Below are positions 26,902 through 37,503 of a DNA stretch of 64,000 bases, piece after piece. The notes beneath the pieces were generated by a model. The model was not told the origin of the DNA, searched no databases, and worked only from the letters and a program-made list of their open reading frames with translations. Numbering within the stretch: the stretch's first letter is position 1; every line of letters begins with the position of its first letter. The position numbers and the translations under genes were made by a program. Location: positions 1 to 64,000 of the IMG/VR virus record IMGVR_UViG_3300045836_000189. One strand, written 5' to 3'. The DNA comes from an uncultured virus (IMG/VR IMGVR_UViG_3300045836_000189). Its lineage: Duplodnaviria; Heunggongvirae; Uroviricota; Caudoviricetes.

Positions 26902-27521
26902 GAGATCTGATCCCCAAAAAATATGAGTACTATAAAGCCTTTGCAGACGTGGTGCAGAAGAAATTCATGCAGAAGCGTTTTGGTGTAAAGTCTTGCTCTG
27001 TAGAAGGGGATATAGAGATGGCCTGGATACGCAAGCAGATTGTTGACTGGCAGCAAAACCATGATGGAGGAGCTCTCAGTGACGTTTCCATTAATTACTC
27101 CACCAGTCTGGATGTAGTCTTTGATCCGGATACCACATATCCTGGAGTATTGTTTGACTCCCTATCAGGTGGATCCGGGACCATCCAGGAAAATTCATGT
27201 TCTATGCCTCCAAGGAGTTTTCAGATAAACTACCCGCATGGCCTCACAAAAGACAATATCATTGAAGTAAATACAGATGGTTGTATCACCAAGATCAACC
27301 TGAATCCGGCTGTTAATATTGACGGTGGGGGAACATTCACCTTTACCCAGAGTACACCAAGCACGATCTGGATCATCCAGCATAATCTTGGGTTTATTCC
27401 AAACGTATTCACCAGGAACCTTTCGGGGGGTGTGATACGCGGGATGATCGTTCCTGTGGATACCAATAACCTGGAAATCCACTTTTCATCTGCTGTAGCA
27501 GGAACAGCTAACCTATCCTAA
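26898..27521 (+). CDS. structural protein
   Basis: C-terminal WIIQHNLG..P.V fibre-type domain. Confidence 0.6.
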   Translation: MRDLIPKKYEYYKAFADVVQKKFMQKRFGVKSCSVEGDIEMAWIRKQIVDWQQNHDGGALSDVSINYSTSLDVVFDPDTTYPGVLFDSLSGGSGTIQENSCSMPPRSFQINYPHGLTKDNIIEVNTDGCITKINLNPAVNIDGGGTFTFTQSTPSTIWIIQHNLGFIPNVFTRNLSGGVIRGMIVPVDTNNLEIHFSSAVAGTANLS

Positions 27522-27524
27522 TCC

Positions 27525-29336
27525 ATGAACCAGTTAGAACAGTATTATTTTGACATTGATCTGGTCAAAAACAGGATCCTTAATGCCAGGATGCATCCGT
27601 TGTCCACAGTGGATAGAACTACCCTTGGGAGTACGCTGACTGTAAATGATGCAGGGCTTATTGTCTATGACTTAGATATTCAGAATCTTTACCTTTGGAC
27701 AGGTGCTGCCTGGAAAACAGATACAGCCCTTTCTGATATTCAGACCCTGCTTGATAGTAAAGTAGATAAGGTTACCGGAAAGCAGTTAAGTACCAATGAT
27801 TTTACAGATGCTTACAAGGCCGCTCTGGATACATTGAATACCACGATCAGTAACGCTATTGCCAATAAGGTAGACAAGGTAGCTGGTATGGGTCTAAGCT
27901 CTAATGACTATACCACTGCTGAAAAAAACAAGCTGGCTGGCATCCAGGATGGAGCTAAGATCAATGTACAGCCGGACTGGAATGAGGTGGATACCACCAA
28001 GGATGATTTTATAAAAAACAAGCCATCCATTCCTGCAAAGACAAGTGATCTGACCAATGACAGTGGTTATATTACCCTGGCGGATCTTCCGGCCTCAGGT
28101 GGTCTTGAACAATACAGTAGCATTTCAAACTTCCCGGCCACAGGAATCACAACTAAAATATACCTGGATACATCTACCAGGGAAGCTTACTTCTGGACTG
28201 GTAGTGTCTATAAGATCATTGGAAGCTTTACCAGTGATTTTACGGTCAGTCTTTCCGGAGGAAAAAACTATTTGAAATGGACATCCGGATCCCAGGTTCC
28301 TGCAACAGATAAATCAGCCAGGATGCTACTGCTTGAAGGTGCTGTAGAAGCCATTGCTCCTACAGTTTCTCTGACAAGTCCTACTACGATAAAGTTCAAC
28401 CAGACCAATATCAGTAATGTACTGAACTTTTCTTTTACCATAAACTCCTTAGGAGCTTCGGTTTCTACAGCTGTATTGCAATGGAGAAGAAATAACACAG
28501 GAGCCTGGACCACGTTAAGCACCAGCACTGCTCTTACTACCTTCACCCATACACTGACAGATACCAACTTTAATACCCAGCCCTTTAACTACCAGTATAT
28601 TGTTACAGATTCTGCAGGGGGCACCAATACAGCTACAATAAATATTACTCCTGGTGCTTATGCAGCTCCCACTATTTCTATTTCCCAGACAGCCGGGGCT
28701 CTTAATGGTCCGCAGACCAATGCTTCCAGAGAAATAGGTAATGTGAGTACGAACATCACTGGTACGATTACCCAAAACAGTCCAAATGTAGCACTCATAT
28801 CCTATCAATTACAGTACTCTGTAAACGGAGGCACCTGGACCAATCTTAATGCCGCTGTTAGTGTCTCCGGATCATCAGTAACCATATCGTCTATCAATCA
28901 CAATGATAGCTCCTTGAAAAGCAGTACTTCTATTGCTTACCGTTTCCAGGTGACTGATGCCTATACAACATCAACTTCAGGAACCACCAGTATCAGTTTT
29001 CAGTATTTATACCTCTATGGTTATAATACCACTAATGGCGTGCTATCGGACACACAGACCTATGCCCTGGGCAATGGGATCCTTCTATCCTCAAGAACCC
29101 GTACACTTACAGGAGTAACAGCTGGTACAGGCTTATATACCTTCATTGCTTACCTGGCTTCATTTGGCAATATAACAGGTATCATCCAGGATGGAGCTAC
29201 GCCCGTACTTGGTGCTTTCACAGAAGTGGGGATGTCCATTACTGTAACCAATCAGTACGGGGTTACCGGGTCTTATAACCTTTATAAGTCCAATGCCACA
29301 AACGCATTTACTAACAATACTTTAGCTATTTCCTAA
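27525..29336 (+). CDS. fibre protein
   Basis: Duplicated KVDKVxGxxLSxND(F/Y)T motif; NVQPDWN; Ser/Thr-rich Ig-like C-terminus. Confidence 0.75.
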   Translation: MNQLEQYYFDIDLVKNRILNARMHPLSTVDRTTLGSTLTVNDAGLIVYDLDIQNLYLWTGAAWKTDTALSDIQTLLDSKVDKVTGKQLSTNDFTDAYKAALDTLNTTISNAIANKVDKVAGMGLSSNDYTTAEKNKLAGIQDGAKINVQPDWNEVDTTKDDFIKNKPSIPAKTSDLTNDSGYITLADLPASGGLEQYSSISNFPATGITTKIYLDTSTREAYFWTGSVYKIIGSFTSDFTVSLSGGKNYLKWTSGSQVPATDKSARMLLLEGAVEAIAPTVSLTSPTTIKFNQTNISNVLNFSFTINSLGASVSTAVLQWRRNNTGAWTTLSTSTALTTFTHTLTDTNFNTQPFNYQYIVTDSAGGTNTATINITPGAYAAPTISISQTAGALNGPQTNASREIGNVSTNITGTITQNSPNVALISYQLQYSVNGGTWTNLNAAVSVSGSSVTISSINHNDSSLKSSTSIAYRFQVTDAYTTSTSGTTSISFQYLYLYGYNTTNGVLSDTQTYALGNGILLSSRTRTLTGVTAGTGLYTFIAYLASFGNITGIIQDGATPVLGAFTEVGMSITVTNQYGVTGSYNLYKSNATNAFTNNTLAIS

Positions 29337-29339
29337 ACT

Positions 29340-32300
29340 ATGGCTTTATCCTATCCAGATATTTTTGAACCGAATAACAAGCAGAATGCCCAGCTGGATG
29401 CTGATTACCTTAGAGGGGGTACCAAAGTAGTTGCTGACCTGCCCACTCTTTATGGGCTTTCTTCAGGTCCGGGGAATGGTAAATATGACCAGCTGAAACA
29501 ATACGTAACCAAGGTCTATGTTATTTCACAAGGAGCCTATTATATTCTTAAGGATATTACCAACTGTGGTAACAGTACTGGCTGGCAGCTTGAAAAGACC
29601 GTTACTTCTTTTACAGATCTCACCAATGTTCCAACTAATCTTGCTGGTTATGGTATCAATTCTTCAGACCCTCTTTTTGATAATAAGTATCAGAAGCTTC
29701 CTGATGGTTTAATCAGCATTGATCCTATTCAGCAGTCTGGTACAACTATCACCGTAAATAATGTATCCTGGAGGATTGATCTTGTTACACATACAGCTGC
29801 TGCCCAGTCATTCACAATTACTACAGCTGATACGGGCAATCAGCGGATAGATCTGATCGTGGGTGACAGCTCCGGAAACCTTTCCCTGGTACAGGGAACA
29901 GAAGGCACTTCGGATGTGATCGAACCTGCTGTTCCTGCAGGTTCAGTAAGAATTGCTCCCATTTATGTCAATGGTGGAACAGTAACCCAACCACAGCCTG
30001 ATTTAAGTAAGTATGTCACTATTGATTCCACAGAACAAACCATTTCAGGTGTAAAGACTTTTCAGAATGGTCTTAATTTAGGACCCGGCGTAACAATCAA
30101 AGCCTATGCCTCAGGTGATAATAGCAGCTTAAACTATAGCATTTTCTCATCAGCCAGTCTTAGAATCAGATCTGGAGCCAGTTTATACAGTGACTTCATG
30201 GCTGATGGCGTATACACATATAGTGGTATTCACAAAGGTGTTGTCGTTTTCCCACAGAATCTAAATACGGATTCCCAGATCAATTTTCCAGTGGATGTAA
30301 CAGGAACTGTTGCTCTATTATCCGATATTACCAATGCAACAGCTTTACTTGCCCCACTTGCTTCTCCAGGCTTTACCGGAATTCCTACTGCACCTACACC
30401 AGCCACCGCAGATAACAGTACTACTTTAGCTACCACTGCTTTTGTTAAAGCAAATGGTCTTAACTATGTTCCTTATAGTGGAGCTACTGGTTATGTTGAT
30501 TTGGGTACCAATGAGATCTATGCAGGGGCTGCAGAGATCGGGGGCACCTGGGCTAATAATGCTGCTGCAGGTGGTTTCTATAACTTGTCACCTACGGGTA
30601 ATGCCATGTGGATCAAGGGTGGATCTGCCACTTCCCACAATACGGATTTTTATGATTACAATAATAACCTGATAGGGTATATAAATGGAAATGGAGACGT
30701 GCATTTTAATGGCACTATCACTGCTTCCAACTTTACCAGCACTGCAGGAAGTTCCATCACCGGGATTACCTTAAATACGCCCAACAGTATCTATGCTTCC
30801 CCTATAAACTTTACGGTAGCCAGCGGGATTGCAACAGGCACACTTTCTTTTAACACCCAGGCGGCCAATGTTTTTTTCAGGACTACAGCTGCCGGTACAC
30901 CTTCATTCAGTGTTCTGTTAGGTTCCGATGTGACAGGTGCTCTGGGTTATACTCCCTATAATCCGGCCAGCTATCCTGTCAACCTTAATGGTGAAACCCT
31001 GCAGAGCGTAGTTTCCAGGGGTAATGTAGTCAGCTCTGATATACAATATTCGGCAGCACCTGTAAATGGTACTTCCCTTATTAATAAGACCTATGTAGAT
31101 AATCTTATCACAGGTATCACCTGGAAGAATGAGGTCAAAGCAGCTACCACTACAAACATTACCTTATCAGGTATACAGACTGTTGATGGTGTATCACTCT
31201 CTGTGAATGACCGTACCCTGGTAAGAGCACAGTCAGACGCCACCCAGAATGGTATATATGTGGTACAGTCCGGCTCTTGGACCAGGGCTACAGATGCTAA
31301 CACAGGAGCTTTGCTAGTATCAGCTACGGTCTTTGTTCAATTAGGTACTGCCCTTGGACACACTCAGTGGACCTGTATTAACAGTTCCACTCCTAATATA
31401 GGGACAGATGCTATCAACTTTGGCCAGGTAGCTGGTGCTGGTACCTATGCTGCAGGCACGGGTGTGGTTTTAAATGGCAATACCTTTGGCCTGGATACCT
31501 ACTATACAGACAACCGTTATGTCTCCCTGTCTGGGACCTATAACAACCCTTCCTGGATTTCTTCAGTAGCTTATAACAAACTTACAGGCTTTCCTGGAAC
31601 AGCTATTCAGTTTATCAAAGGAGATGGTACAGCAGCGGCACTGCAAAGTGCTGACGTAACTACGGCCCTTGGATATACTCCTTATAATCCATCAAGTTAC
31701 CCGGTAAATTCTGGAGGTGAGACTCTCCAGAGTGTAACTGGCAGGGGAGCTACTACAACTAATGCAATCACAGCCCCCTTTTACAATGTAACCAATACGG
31801 ATGGCACTGGTACAGTGAATATGCCTTTGCAGAACACTACTCCGAGTACACCTGGATCCGGGAACATGAAGCTGTATTATAGCTCAAATGGACTTACCTG
31901 GATCACACCAACAGGTTTTAAACGTTCTTTCTGGGGTAATAGTTTAACTGCAGACCGCGTATATACACTTCCAGACATAACAGGTACTCTGGAGATTCAG
32001 ACCAGTAAAGTACAGACAGTAGATAATTCATCCACTAACTACCCATCAACAGCTGCTGTACAGGCTTATGTTACAGATCAAAGAAAGAACTACAAAGCCA
32101 AGATCCTGGCTAATGGATTCACAGAGACATTTGATTATATGGATGTGGCTGGTACCCTCCTGTCCTTAACAGGAAGTGCAGAAGTCACTAACCTTCAATA
32201 CAAACTTGGATCCGGAGGCACCTATGCTGCATTCCCCGCAGGAGGTGTGACTTACACTGCCGGTACAGAGATCTATTTTACATGGACCTGGGTTAATTCA

Positions 32301-32345
32301 GGCAATACAAGAGCAGTAATTATATACACAGGAAAAGATAATTAA
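29340..32345 (+). CDS. long tail fibre protein
   Basis: APLASPGFTGIPTAPT and LSGIQTVDGV...NGIY..WTRA fibre motifs; internal repeat. Confidence 0.8.
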   Translation: MALSYPDIFEPNNKQNAQLDADYLRGGTKVVADLPTLYGLSSGPGNGKYDQLKQYVTKVYVISQGAYYILKDITNCGNSTGWQLEKTVTSFTDLTNVPTNLAGYGINSSDPLFDNKYQKLPDGLISIDPIQQSGTTITVNNVSWRIDLVTHTAAAQSFTITTADTGNQRIDLIVGDSSGNLSLVQGTEGTSDVIEPAVPAGSVRIAPIYVNGGTVTQPQPDLSKYVTIDSTEQTISGVKTFQNGLNLGPGVTIKAYASGDNSSLNYSIFSSASLRIRSGASLYSDFMADGVYTYSGIHKGVVVFPQNLNTDSQINFPVDVTGTVALLSDITNATALLAPLASPGFTGIPTAPTPATADNSTTLATTAFVKANGLNYVPYSGATGYVDLGTNEIYAGAAEIGGTWANNAAAGGFYNLSPTGNAMWIKGGSATSHNTDFYDYNNNLIGYINGNGDVHFNGTITASNFTSTAGSSITGITLNTPNSIYASPINFTVASGIATGTLSFNTQAANVFFRTTAAGTPSFSVLLGSDVTGALGYTPYNPASYPVNLNGETLQSVVSRGNVVSSDIQYSAAPVNGTSLINKTYVDNLITGITWKNEVKAATTTNITLSGIQTVDGVSLSVNDRTLVRAQSDATQNGIYVVQSGSWTRATDANTGALLVSATVFVQLGTALGHTQWTCINSSTPNIGTDAINFGQVAGAGTYAAGTGVVLNGNTFGLDTYYTDNRYVSLSGTYNNPSWISSVAYNKLTGFPGTAIQFIKGDGTAAALQSADVTTALGYTPYNPSSYPVNSGGETLQSVTGRGATTTNAITAPFYNVTNTDGTGTVNMPLQNTTPSTPGSGNMKLYYSSNGLTWITPTGFKRSFWGNSLTADRVYTLPDITGTLEIQTSKVQTVDNSSTNYPSTAAVQAYVTDQRKNYKAKILANGFTETFDYMDVAGTLLSLTGSAEVTNLQYKLGSGGTYAAFPAGGVTYTAGTEIYFTWTWVNSGNTRAVIIYTGKDN

Positions 32346-32353
32346 TAAAGAAA

Positions 32354-34096
32354 ATGAGTGCAACTTATAACTGGACGTATCAGCCGGGAAAGACCAATCC
32401 GTACGGTATAACAATAAATAGTAGCGCAAACGATGTTATGCCCTCTAATGCGTGCTATGTGGCTCTATGGGGTAATGATACAACGGGAAACGGTAGTAGG
32501 ATGTTCCCTTTTAGAACAATAAAATATGCACTGGCACATGCTCCTACGTTCGGATATATTATTATAGGAAACGGCGTATACAGGGAGTATTTCAGTGCTT
32601 CTGATCTATTTGCACAAACATTAGTTGGTGATGGGGATGTTGTTATAGATGGCTATACGTTAGGTTCATATTTGGTTACCAACAATCAATTAGGGGCCTA
32701 TAATGTTAAATTTAAAAACTTAGAGATCAAGCGGTTTTCAGCTGCAAGTTATGACTGTACATTTTATAATGTAACTTTTGATGGAGGCAATAATTCTTCT
32801 AGTTTATATAATTGCACATTTTATAACTGTACCATACAATCTAACAATGCATACGGGAATAACACATTTTACAAATGCTATGTTTATTTTAATAACCCTT
32901 CCACAATAGCAAATAATCAAAATCTTATTTTTCATAGCTGTAATGTAGATTATAGCTGCCCGTCCACCATGAATTTTGCAGCTGATTTTAATTTATTTTA
33001 TCAATGTAATGTTAGGCTTAACGCAAGTTCTCAATCCATATCTACCATATTTTATCCAAATGCTGCTCCAACGGGTTATACGTATATTTCATCAATAACG
33101 GGTTTAAGAAATTTATTAGCTGCATTTTTTACTTCTCAAAATTCATTTTGTCCCTATAGTCAGGTAGCAGACCCATTATTTAATAACTTAGCCTATGGAG
33201 ACTTTTCATTGTCCTTTAACAGTCCTGCCAAAAACATGAGTTATCAGGGAGGCTATATAGGTGCAAAGTCAATCGCGTATGGCCTTAATCCTAAAGCTAA
33301 TGCAGTTACTTCTGACTTTGAAAATGATACTGCTAATAACATTACTATTGCTGATAATAGTATCACGTTTACTGATCCCACTCAGATTGGAACAATTATC
33401 ACTAAGCCTATTGTAAACAGTGCGGCCAGGGAACTCCAGCGGTTTCCGGTATTTGGGACTAATGCTGACCGTAATGGGCAGTATGTTGATGCCACTGCAG
33501 ATCAGGCTTCTGGAACACTATCTGCAGGAAATACATTAAATGCTGGCGTTCCTTATTCAGTTGAACAGGGGGCTATCACCTACAATGGTACGGTATACCA
33601 GCCTGGAGATAACTTTACCTCCCTGGAAAGTAGCCCTGGAACATTTACCACAAGTGCAGGAGGAGTTGTACGGGAAACTACTGAAGCAGCTGCACGGGAA
33701 AATATAGAAGTACGATTCAATGATGGGCAGAATCCTCAGATCACTGCCGGTGCTGCCTTAGAAGCATTTGGACGTTATTATGTGGTTTCAGGTTCCATCA
33801 CTTACAATGGTACAACATATAATGCAGGTCAGGTATTTAAGGCAGACAACACGGGTACCAATACATTCAGCGGTGGTGGAGCTATACAACTGATTTTCCA
33901 TGACAGCGATCCTTGGTACTACTTTGAGATTGGCACCAAACCACAGAGTAACAATAATGGTAATGTTAGAACAGGGGCTATTGTCAAAGGTAATGGTGAC
34001 CCCAATTTTGACCGAACTCCTGCAAACGTATTCAACATCAACCAGAAATTCATTCAGATCCGCTATACCCTTCAACCTAATAACCTTGCTCCATAA
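32354..34096 (+). CDS. beta-helix (pectin lyase-like) tailspike / receptor-binding protein
   Basis: YVALWGNDTTGNGS..PFRTI..A...GNGVYRE start; CTFYN repeats; DPLF..GDFSL..SPA. Confidence 0.7.
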   Translation: MSATYNWTYQPGKTNPYGITINSSANDVMPSNACYVALWGNDTTGNGSRMFPFRTIKYALAHAPTFGYIIIGNGVYREYFSASDLFAQTLVGDGDVVIDGYTLGSYLVTNNQLGAYNVKFKNLEIKRFSAASYDCTFYNVTFDGGNNSSSLYNCTFYNCTIQSNNAYGNNTFYKCYVYFNNPSTIANNQNLIFHSCNVDYSCPSTMNFAADFNLFYQCNVRLNASSQSISTIFYPNAAPTGYTYISSITGLRNLLAAFFTSQNSFCPYSQVADPLFNNLAYGDFSLSFNSPAKNMSYQGGYIGAKSIAYGLNPKANAVTSDFENDTANNITIADNSITFTDPTQIGTIITKPIVNSAARELQRFPVFGTNADRNGQYVDATADQASGTLSAGNTLNAGVPYSVEQGAITYNGTVYQPGDNFTSLESSPGTFTTSAGGVVRETTEAAARENIEVRFNDGQNPQITAGAALEAFGRYYVVSGSITYNGTTYNAGQVFKADNTGTNTFSGGGAIQLIFHDSDPWYYFEIGTKPQSNNNGNVRTGAIVKGNGDPNFDRTPANVFNINQKFIQIRYTLQPNNLAP

Positions 34097-34479
34097 TGGC
34101 TTATACAATAACATCAGGTCAGGTACAGCCAGGAGTGTTGTATCTGGTTAATGGGCAGCAATCCGTTGTTTATAATGGTACAACATATGCTTCAGGGACT
34201 ACCTTCCGTGGAGTAACAGGAACTTCTTCATTTACCTATACAGGTACTGGCACTCAAAGTGTGACTGAGGTGCTGGAGCTTTATGCTGCGGCCATCAGTT
34301 TTGTTGAGAACGCCCTGGACCTTCCCCACTTTAATGTCACTACTCAGCTGAATTCCTTTGGTGTGGAGTTTGTCCAAAACAAAGGTGATATGAAAACAAC
34401 TGATACTACACAAATCAACTGTTTCTCTGTGGAAGTGATGGATTATCCATACTTGTTAACACCCATTTACAGACGTTAA
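34096..34479 (+). CDS. tail-associated protein
   Basis: Shares a YxV..I/V.YNGT.Y..G..F repeat with the upstream gene. Confidence 0.65.
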   Translation: MAYTITSGQVQPGVLYLVNGQQSVVYNGTTYASGTTFRGVTGTSSFTYTGTGTQSVTEVLELYAAAISFVENALDLPHFNVTTQLNSFGVEFVQNKGDMKTTDTTQINCFSVEVMDYPYLLTPIYRR

Positions 34480-34555
34480 GTGGTTTGTTATTCTGATCCA
34501 AAAAGATTATATTATAATGTAGGGAGCTTCCTACATTAACCAACATGAGTCCCTT

Positions 34556-34750
34556 ATGAATTCAATAACCCTTAACCAGGAGGAGCTGCAGGCTCTGAAC
34601 CAGTTTATTAATGAAATACCTACCAAGTATGGTATCTTCCTGATTAATACACTAAATAGTGCAGCCAGGCGTAATGAGCAGGAAAAACAGGCAGCTGACG
34701 ATGCTGCCAAGACTGTTGTTCCGCCTTCTGCAGAGCAGGCTACAGCCTAA
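34556..34750 (+). CDS. small hypothetical protein (possible fibre chaperone)
   Basis: 64-aa ORF downstream of a motif copy. Confidence 0.55.
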   Translation: MNSITLNQEELQALNQFINEIPTKYGIFLINTLNSAARRNEQEKQAADDAAKTVVPPSAEQATA

Positions 34751-34767
34751 TCCATCCCCTAAATAAA

Positions 34768-35997
34768 ATGATTCCAACCCGTTCCAATCTCCCTGAAAGG
34801 GGGTGTTCTCCGGTATCCTCTAACTGTGTCACATGGCAGGGCCCATGCCTTACCTGTATTGGAGTCAATACGGGGGACAGTGTCTCTGATGTGGTAGCAG
34901 CTCTTGCCCAGCAGGTTTGCGAACTGCTGGATACACTAAACATCACGGATTTGGATTTCAAGTGCCTGGTGGACAGTTCCCTAACCACTGGTGCTCCATC
35001 CAAGAACCTTTCTACTGCTATCACCCTTCTGATCAATAAAGTCTGCTCCCTGGAGGATGCCATTGGTGCCCTTGGAGGCAGTACGGCTACTCCTGCAGAA
35101 GTCAATGTAAACATTGCATCCTGCTTCCAGGTTACAGATACCAATGGAGATACAGTAACCACACTTGGTGTCTCTGATTACGTTAAAGCCATTGGTAACA
35201 AAGTATGTTCCCTGGCTTCCACTGTAACCGCACAGGGTAACACACTGACCAACCATGAAGGAAGGCTCTCCGCCCTGGAAAATAAAGAGAGCAGCACCAC
35301 ACTCCCCACCGTTGCTCCAGGATGTCTGGCTACCAGTTCCACTCCCATTGCACTGGATAGTGCTGTGGAGGAACTGATCACCCAGTTCTGTGCCCTGCAG
35401 ACAGCTACCGGAAAAGGTGCTGACCTGTTGGGTGCCGTATCAAAGCAGTGCGCTAACATAAACTCAGATACCCAGCTCTCCGGATCCGGGAACATGAGTG
35501 CTATCAGTGGCTGGAAATCTGCCCCCGCAACGGTTGCGGATTCCCTGAATAATATGTGGCTGGTTATCTGTGACATACGTGGTGCTGTAAAAAGCGTGAT
35601 GACCTGCTGCAAGAAAACCTGTGCAGATGTGATTGTGAGCTTCGTTGCTAATATCACAGACAATGGTGCCACCCTGAAATTATTTTTCTCCGGTTATACT
35701 TTTATTCCAGATGGATTCTCAGACTGTTCTGTAAATGGGGCCAAACTAACTATTACTGATGGTCTTGGTGGAAGCTATACCACGTATATAAAACTTGCTA
35801 CTGCTGCTGCATCTACTGATCCGATAAGTATCAATGTTGCTTCTACACCATTAAGTCCTACCGGTAACTATAGCCTGACTTTAGACAGCTGCTTAACCGA
35901 TGGTACGCTCACCTGTAATAAATCTGTAGTTGTATCGGTTACTGGTACTGCCCTAAGTTGTAATGCTCCTTCTAATGTAACTGCCACTCTTGCATAA
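34768..35997 (+). CDS. Cys-rich structural protein
   Basis: CSPVSSNCVTWQG..C N-terminus; coiled-coil segment. Confidence 0.65.
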   Translation: MIPTRSNLPERGCSPVSSNCVTWQGPCLTCIGVNTGDSVSDVVAALAQQVCELLDTLNITDLDFKCLVDSSLTTGAPSKNLSTAITLLINKVCSLEDAIGALGGSTATPAEVNVNIASCFQVTDTNGDTVTTLGVSDYVKAIGNKVCSLASTVTAQGNTLTNHEGRLSALENKESSTTLPTVAPGCLATSSTPIALDSAVEELITQFCALQTATGKGADLLGAVSKQCANINSDTQLSGSGNMSAISGWKSAPATVADSLNNMWLVICDIRGAVKSVMTCCKKTCADVIVSFVANITDNGATLKLFFSGYTFIPDGFSDCSVNGAKLTITDGLGGSYTTYIKLATAAASTDPISINVASTPLSPTGNYSLTLDSCLTDGTLTCNKSVVVSVTGTALSCNAPSNVTATLA

Positions 35998-35999
35998 CA

Positions 36000-36515
36000 A
36001 TGTTTAAAAGAAATATCTATTACGACTATTCAGCCGGAGGATCCGGAGGTTCAACAGGTCCTGTTGTAAGCACGATCACACCTGCTCTGGCAGGTGCAGG
36101 TGCCCTGGTATTGATTACTGGTTCAGGATTTACAGGAGCTACTGCCATCACTTTGGGTGGTATTCCGGTGGCTTCCTTCATGGTCATCAGTGATACACAG
36201 ATCTCTGCTATCGTGGGGCATGGTGCTTCCGGTAGCGTGAGCATTACTACTCCATCAGGAACTGGTCTAATGGCAGGTTTTACATTCTCACCAGTAGCCA
36301 ACTGTTCCGGATGCAATACTACACCACTGGTGAATGTCTGTGCTGACCCTGAATACTGTGAAGAACTATATGCTGATAAATGTATCAACCATACAGGTAA
36401 TCTGACCAATCTTGGTGTCACAGGCAGTGCCCGTCTGGATGCAATCCTCCAGGCCATTGATGGAGCCATCGGGAACTTGAATAGTCTTGTAAATACAACT
36501 ACACCCTCCCGTTAA
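36000..36515 (+). CDS. IPT/TIG Ig-like domain protein
   Basis: PVVSTITP..G.G..V.ITGSGFTG...SDTQI.A.V...A.G.V.ITT. Confidence 0.8.
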   Translation: MFKRNIYYDYSAGGSGGSTGPVVSTITPALAGAGALVLITGSGFTGATAITLGGIPVASFMVISDTQISAIVGHGASGSVSITTPSGTGLMAGFTFSPVANCSGCNTTPLVNVCADPEYCEELYADKCINHTGNLTNLGVTGSARLDAILQAIDGAIGNLNSLVNTTTPSR

Positions 36516-36517
36516 TC

Positions 36518-36943
36518 ATGGCTACCTTAACCGTATCCTTTATACCTCCCAATCCTGTGCCTGCCAATGGTTTTATTATAAAATACCGTAAAGTAGGTGA
36601 CAGCACCTACACTAGGGTTTTGCCCAATCCAACTACAGCTCCCGTGTTTATTACCGTAGCGGATAGTTCGGTGAGTTATGAAGGCATTGTACAAAGTGAT
36701 TGTGGCAGTGGCTTTACCTGCCCTGAGATTAGTTTTACCATTGCCCCTACCTGTAATGGTATTAATAGGAAGTTGGTTGGAGGCATCTGTGAGATCGGTA
36801 TAAAAACCTATATAGGCAGTACTGCTAATACCTCAGGTGGTTATAGCTGTAGTTACTACTACGTTTTCAGTGATGGAAGCCATACCAACTCATATATTGA
36901 ATCCAATCCAGCACCTTGTACGCTGGGTGCTGTAGTAGCTTAA
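36518..36943 (+). CDS. FN3-like domain protein
   Basis: VSFIPP..GFIIKYRK..YEG.VQSDC. Confidence 0.7.
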   Translation: MATLTVSFIPPNPVPANGFIIKYRKVGDSTYTRVLPNPTTAPVFITVADSSVSYEGIVQSDCGSGFTCPEISFTIAPTCNGINRKLVGGICEIGIKTYIGSTANTSGGYSCSYYYVFSDGSHTNSYIESNPAPCTLGAVVA

Positions 36944-36946
36944 GAT

Positions 36947-37501
36947 ATGTCTAATCCTATTGCAACCATTAACTGGACACCAGCAACCAATGGGAACTGC
37001 ATCTCACAGGAGATTGATTACAAAAAACAATCAGACAGTGCCTGGATAGCAGCAGGATCAGTAAGCCCCACAACAAATACATACAGTATCCCAGGACTGG
37101 AAAGCAATGTCTTCTATGACATCCGAATTCTGAGTAACTGCACGGTGGGAGGCCCCTCTCCCAGTACGGTTTTCACAGTGATTTCCATGTACTGTCCGGT
37201 AGTTACCCTATCGGCCACAGATACTGCAGTGAACTATTCCTTTCCCAATCCAGGAGAAAGTATTACTTCAGTGCATATAGAACTACTGGATAGCAGTAAT
37301 GGGATCATTTCTTTTCAGAATCCTGCATTAAGCTCCACTATATCCGGAAGTTTTACAGGACTTAACCAGGGCACAGCTTACCAGATCAGATTAAGTATCA
37401 ATGCCGGTACAACACTGAAGATCTGTCCTATTCAAAGTATAACAACTACCATACCTGTCTGTGATCCGGTGACTAACCTCACAGCAGCCCTATCATCATA
37501 A
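36947..37501 (+). CDS. tandem FN3 domain protein
   Basis: INWTP..IDYKK..W..IPGLESNVFYDIRI; FTGLNQGTAYQIRL. Confidence 0.75.
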   Translation: MSNPIATINWTPATNGNCISQEIDYKKQSDSAWIAAGSVSPTTNTYSIPGLESNVFYDIRILSNCTVGGPSPSTVFTVISMYCPVVTLSATDTAVNYSFPNPGESITSVHIELLDSSNGIISFQNPALSSTISGSFTGLNQGTAYQIRLSINAGTTLKICPIQSITTTIPVCDPVTNLTAALSS

Positions 37502-37503
37502 CA

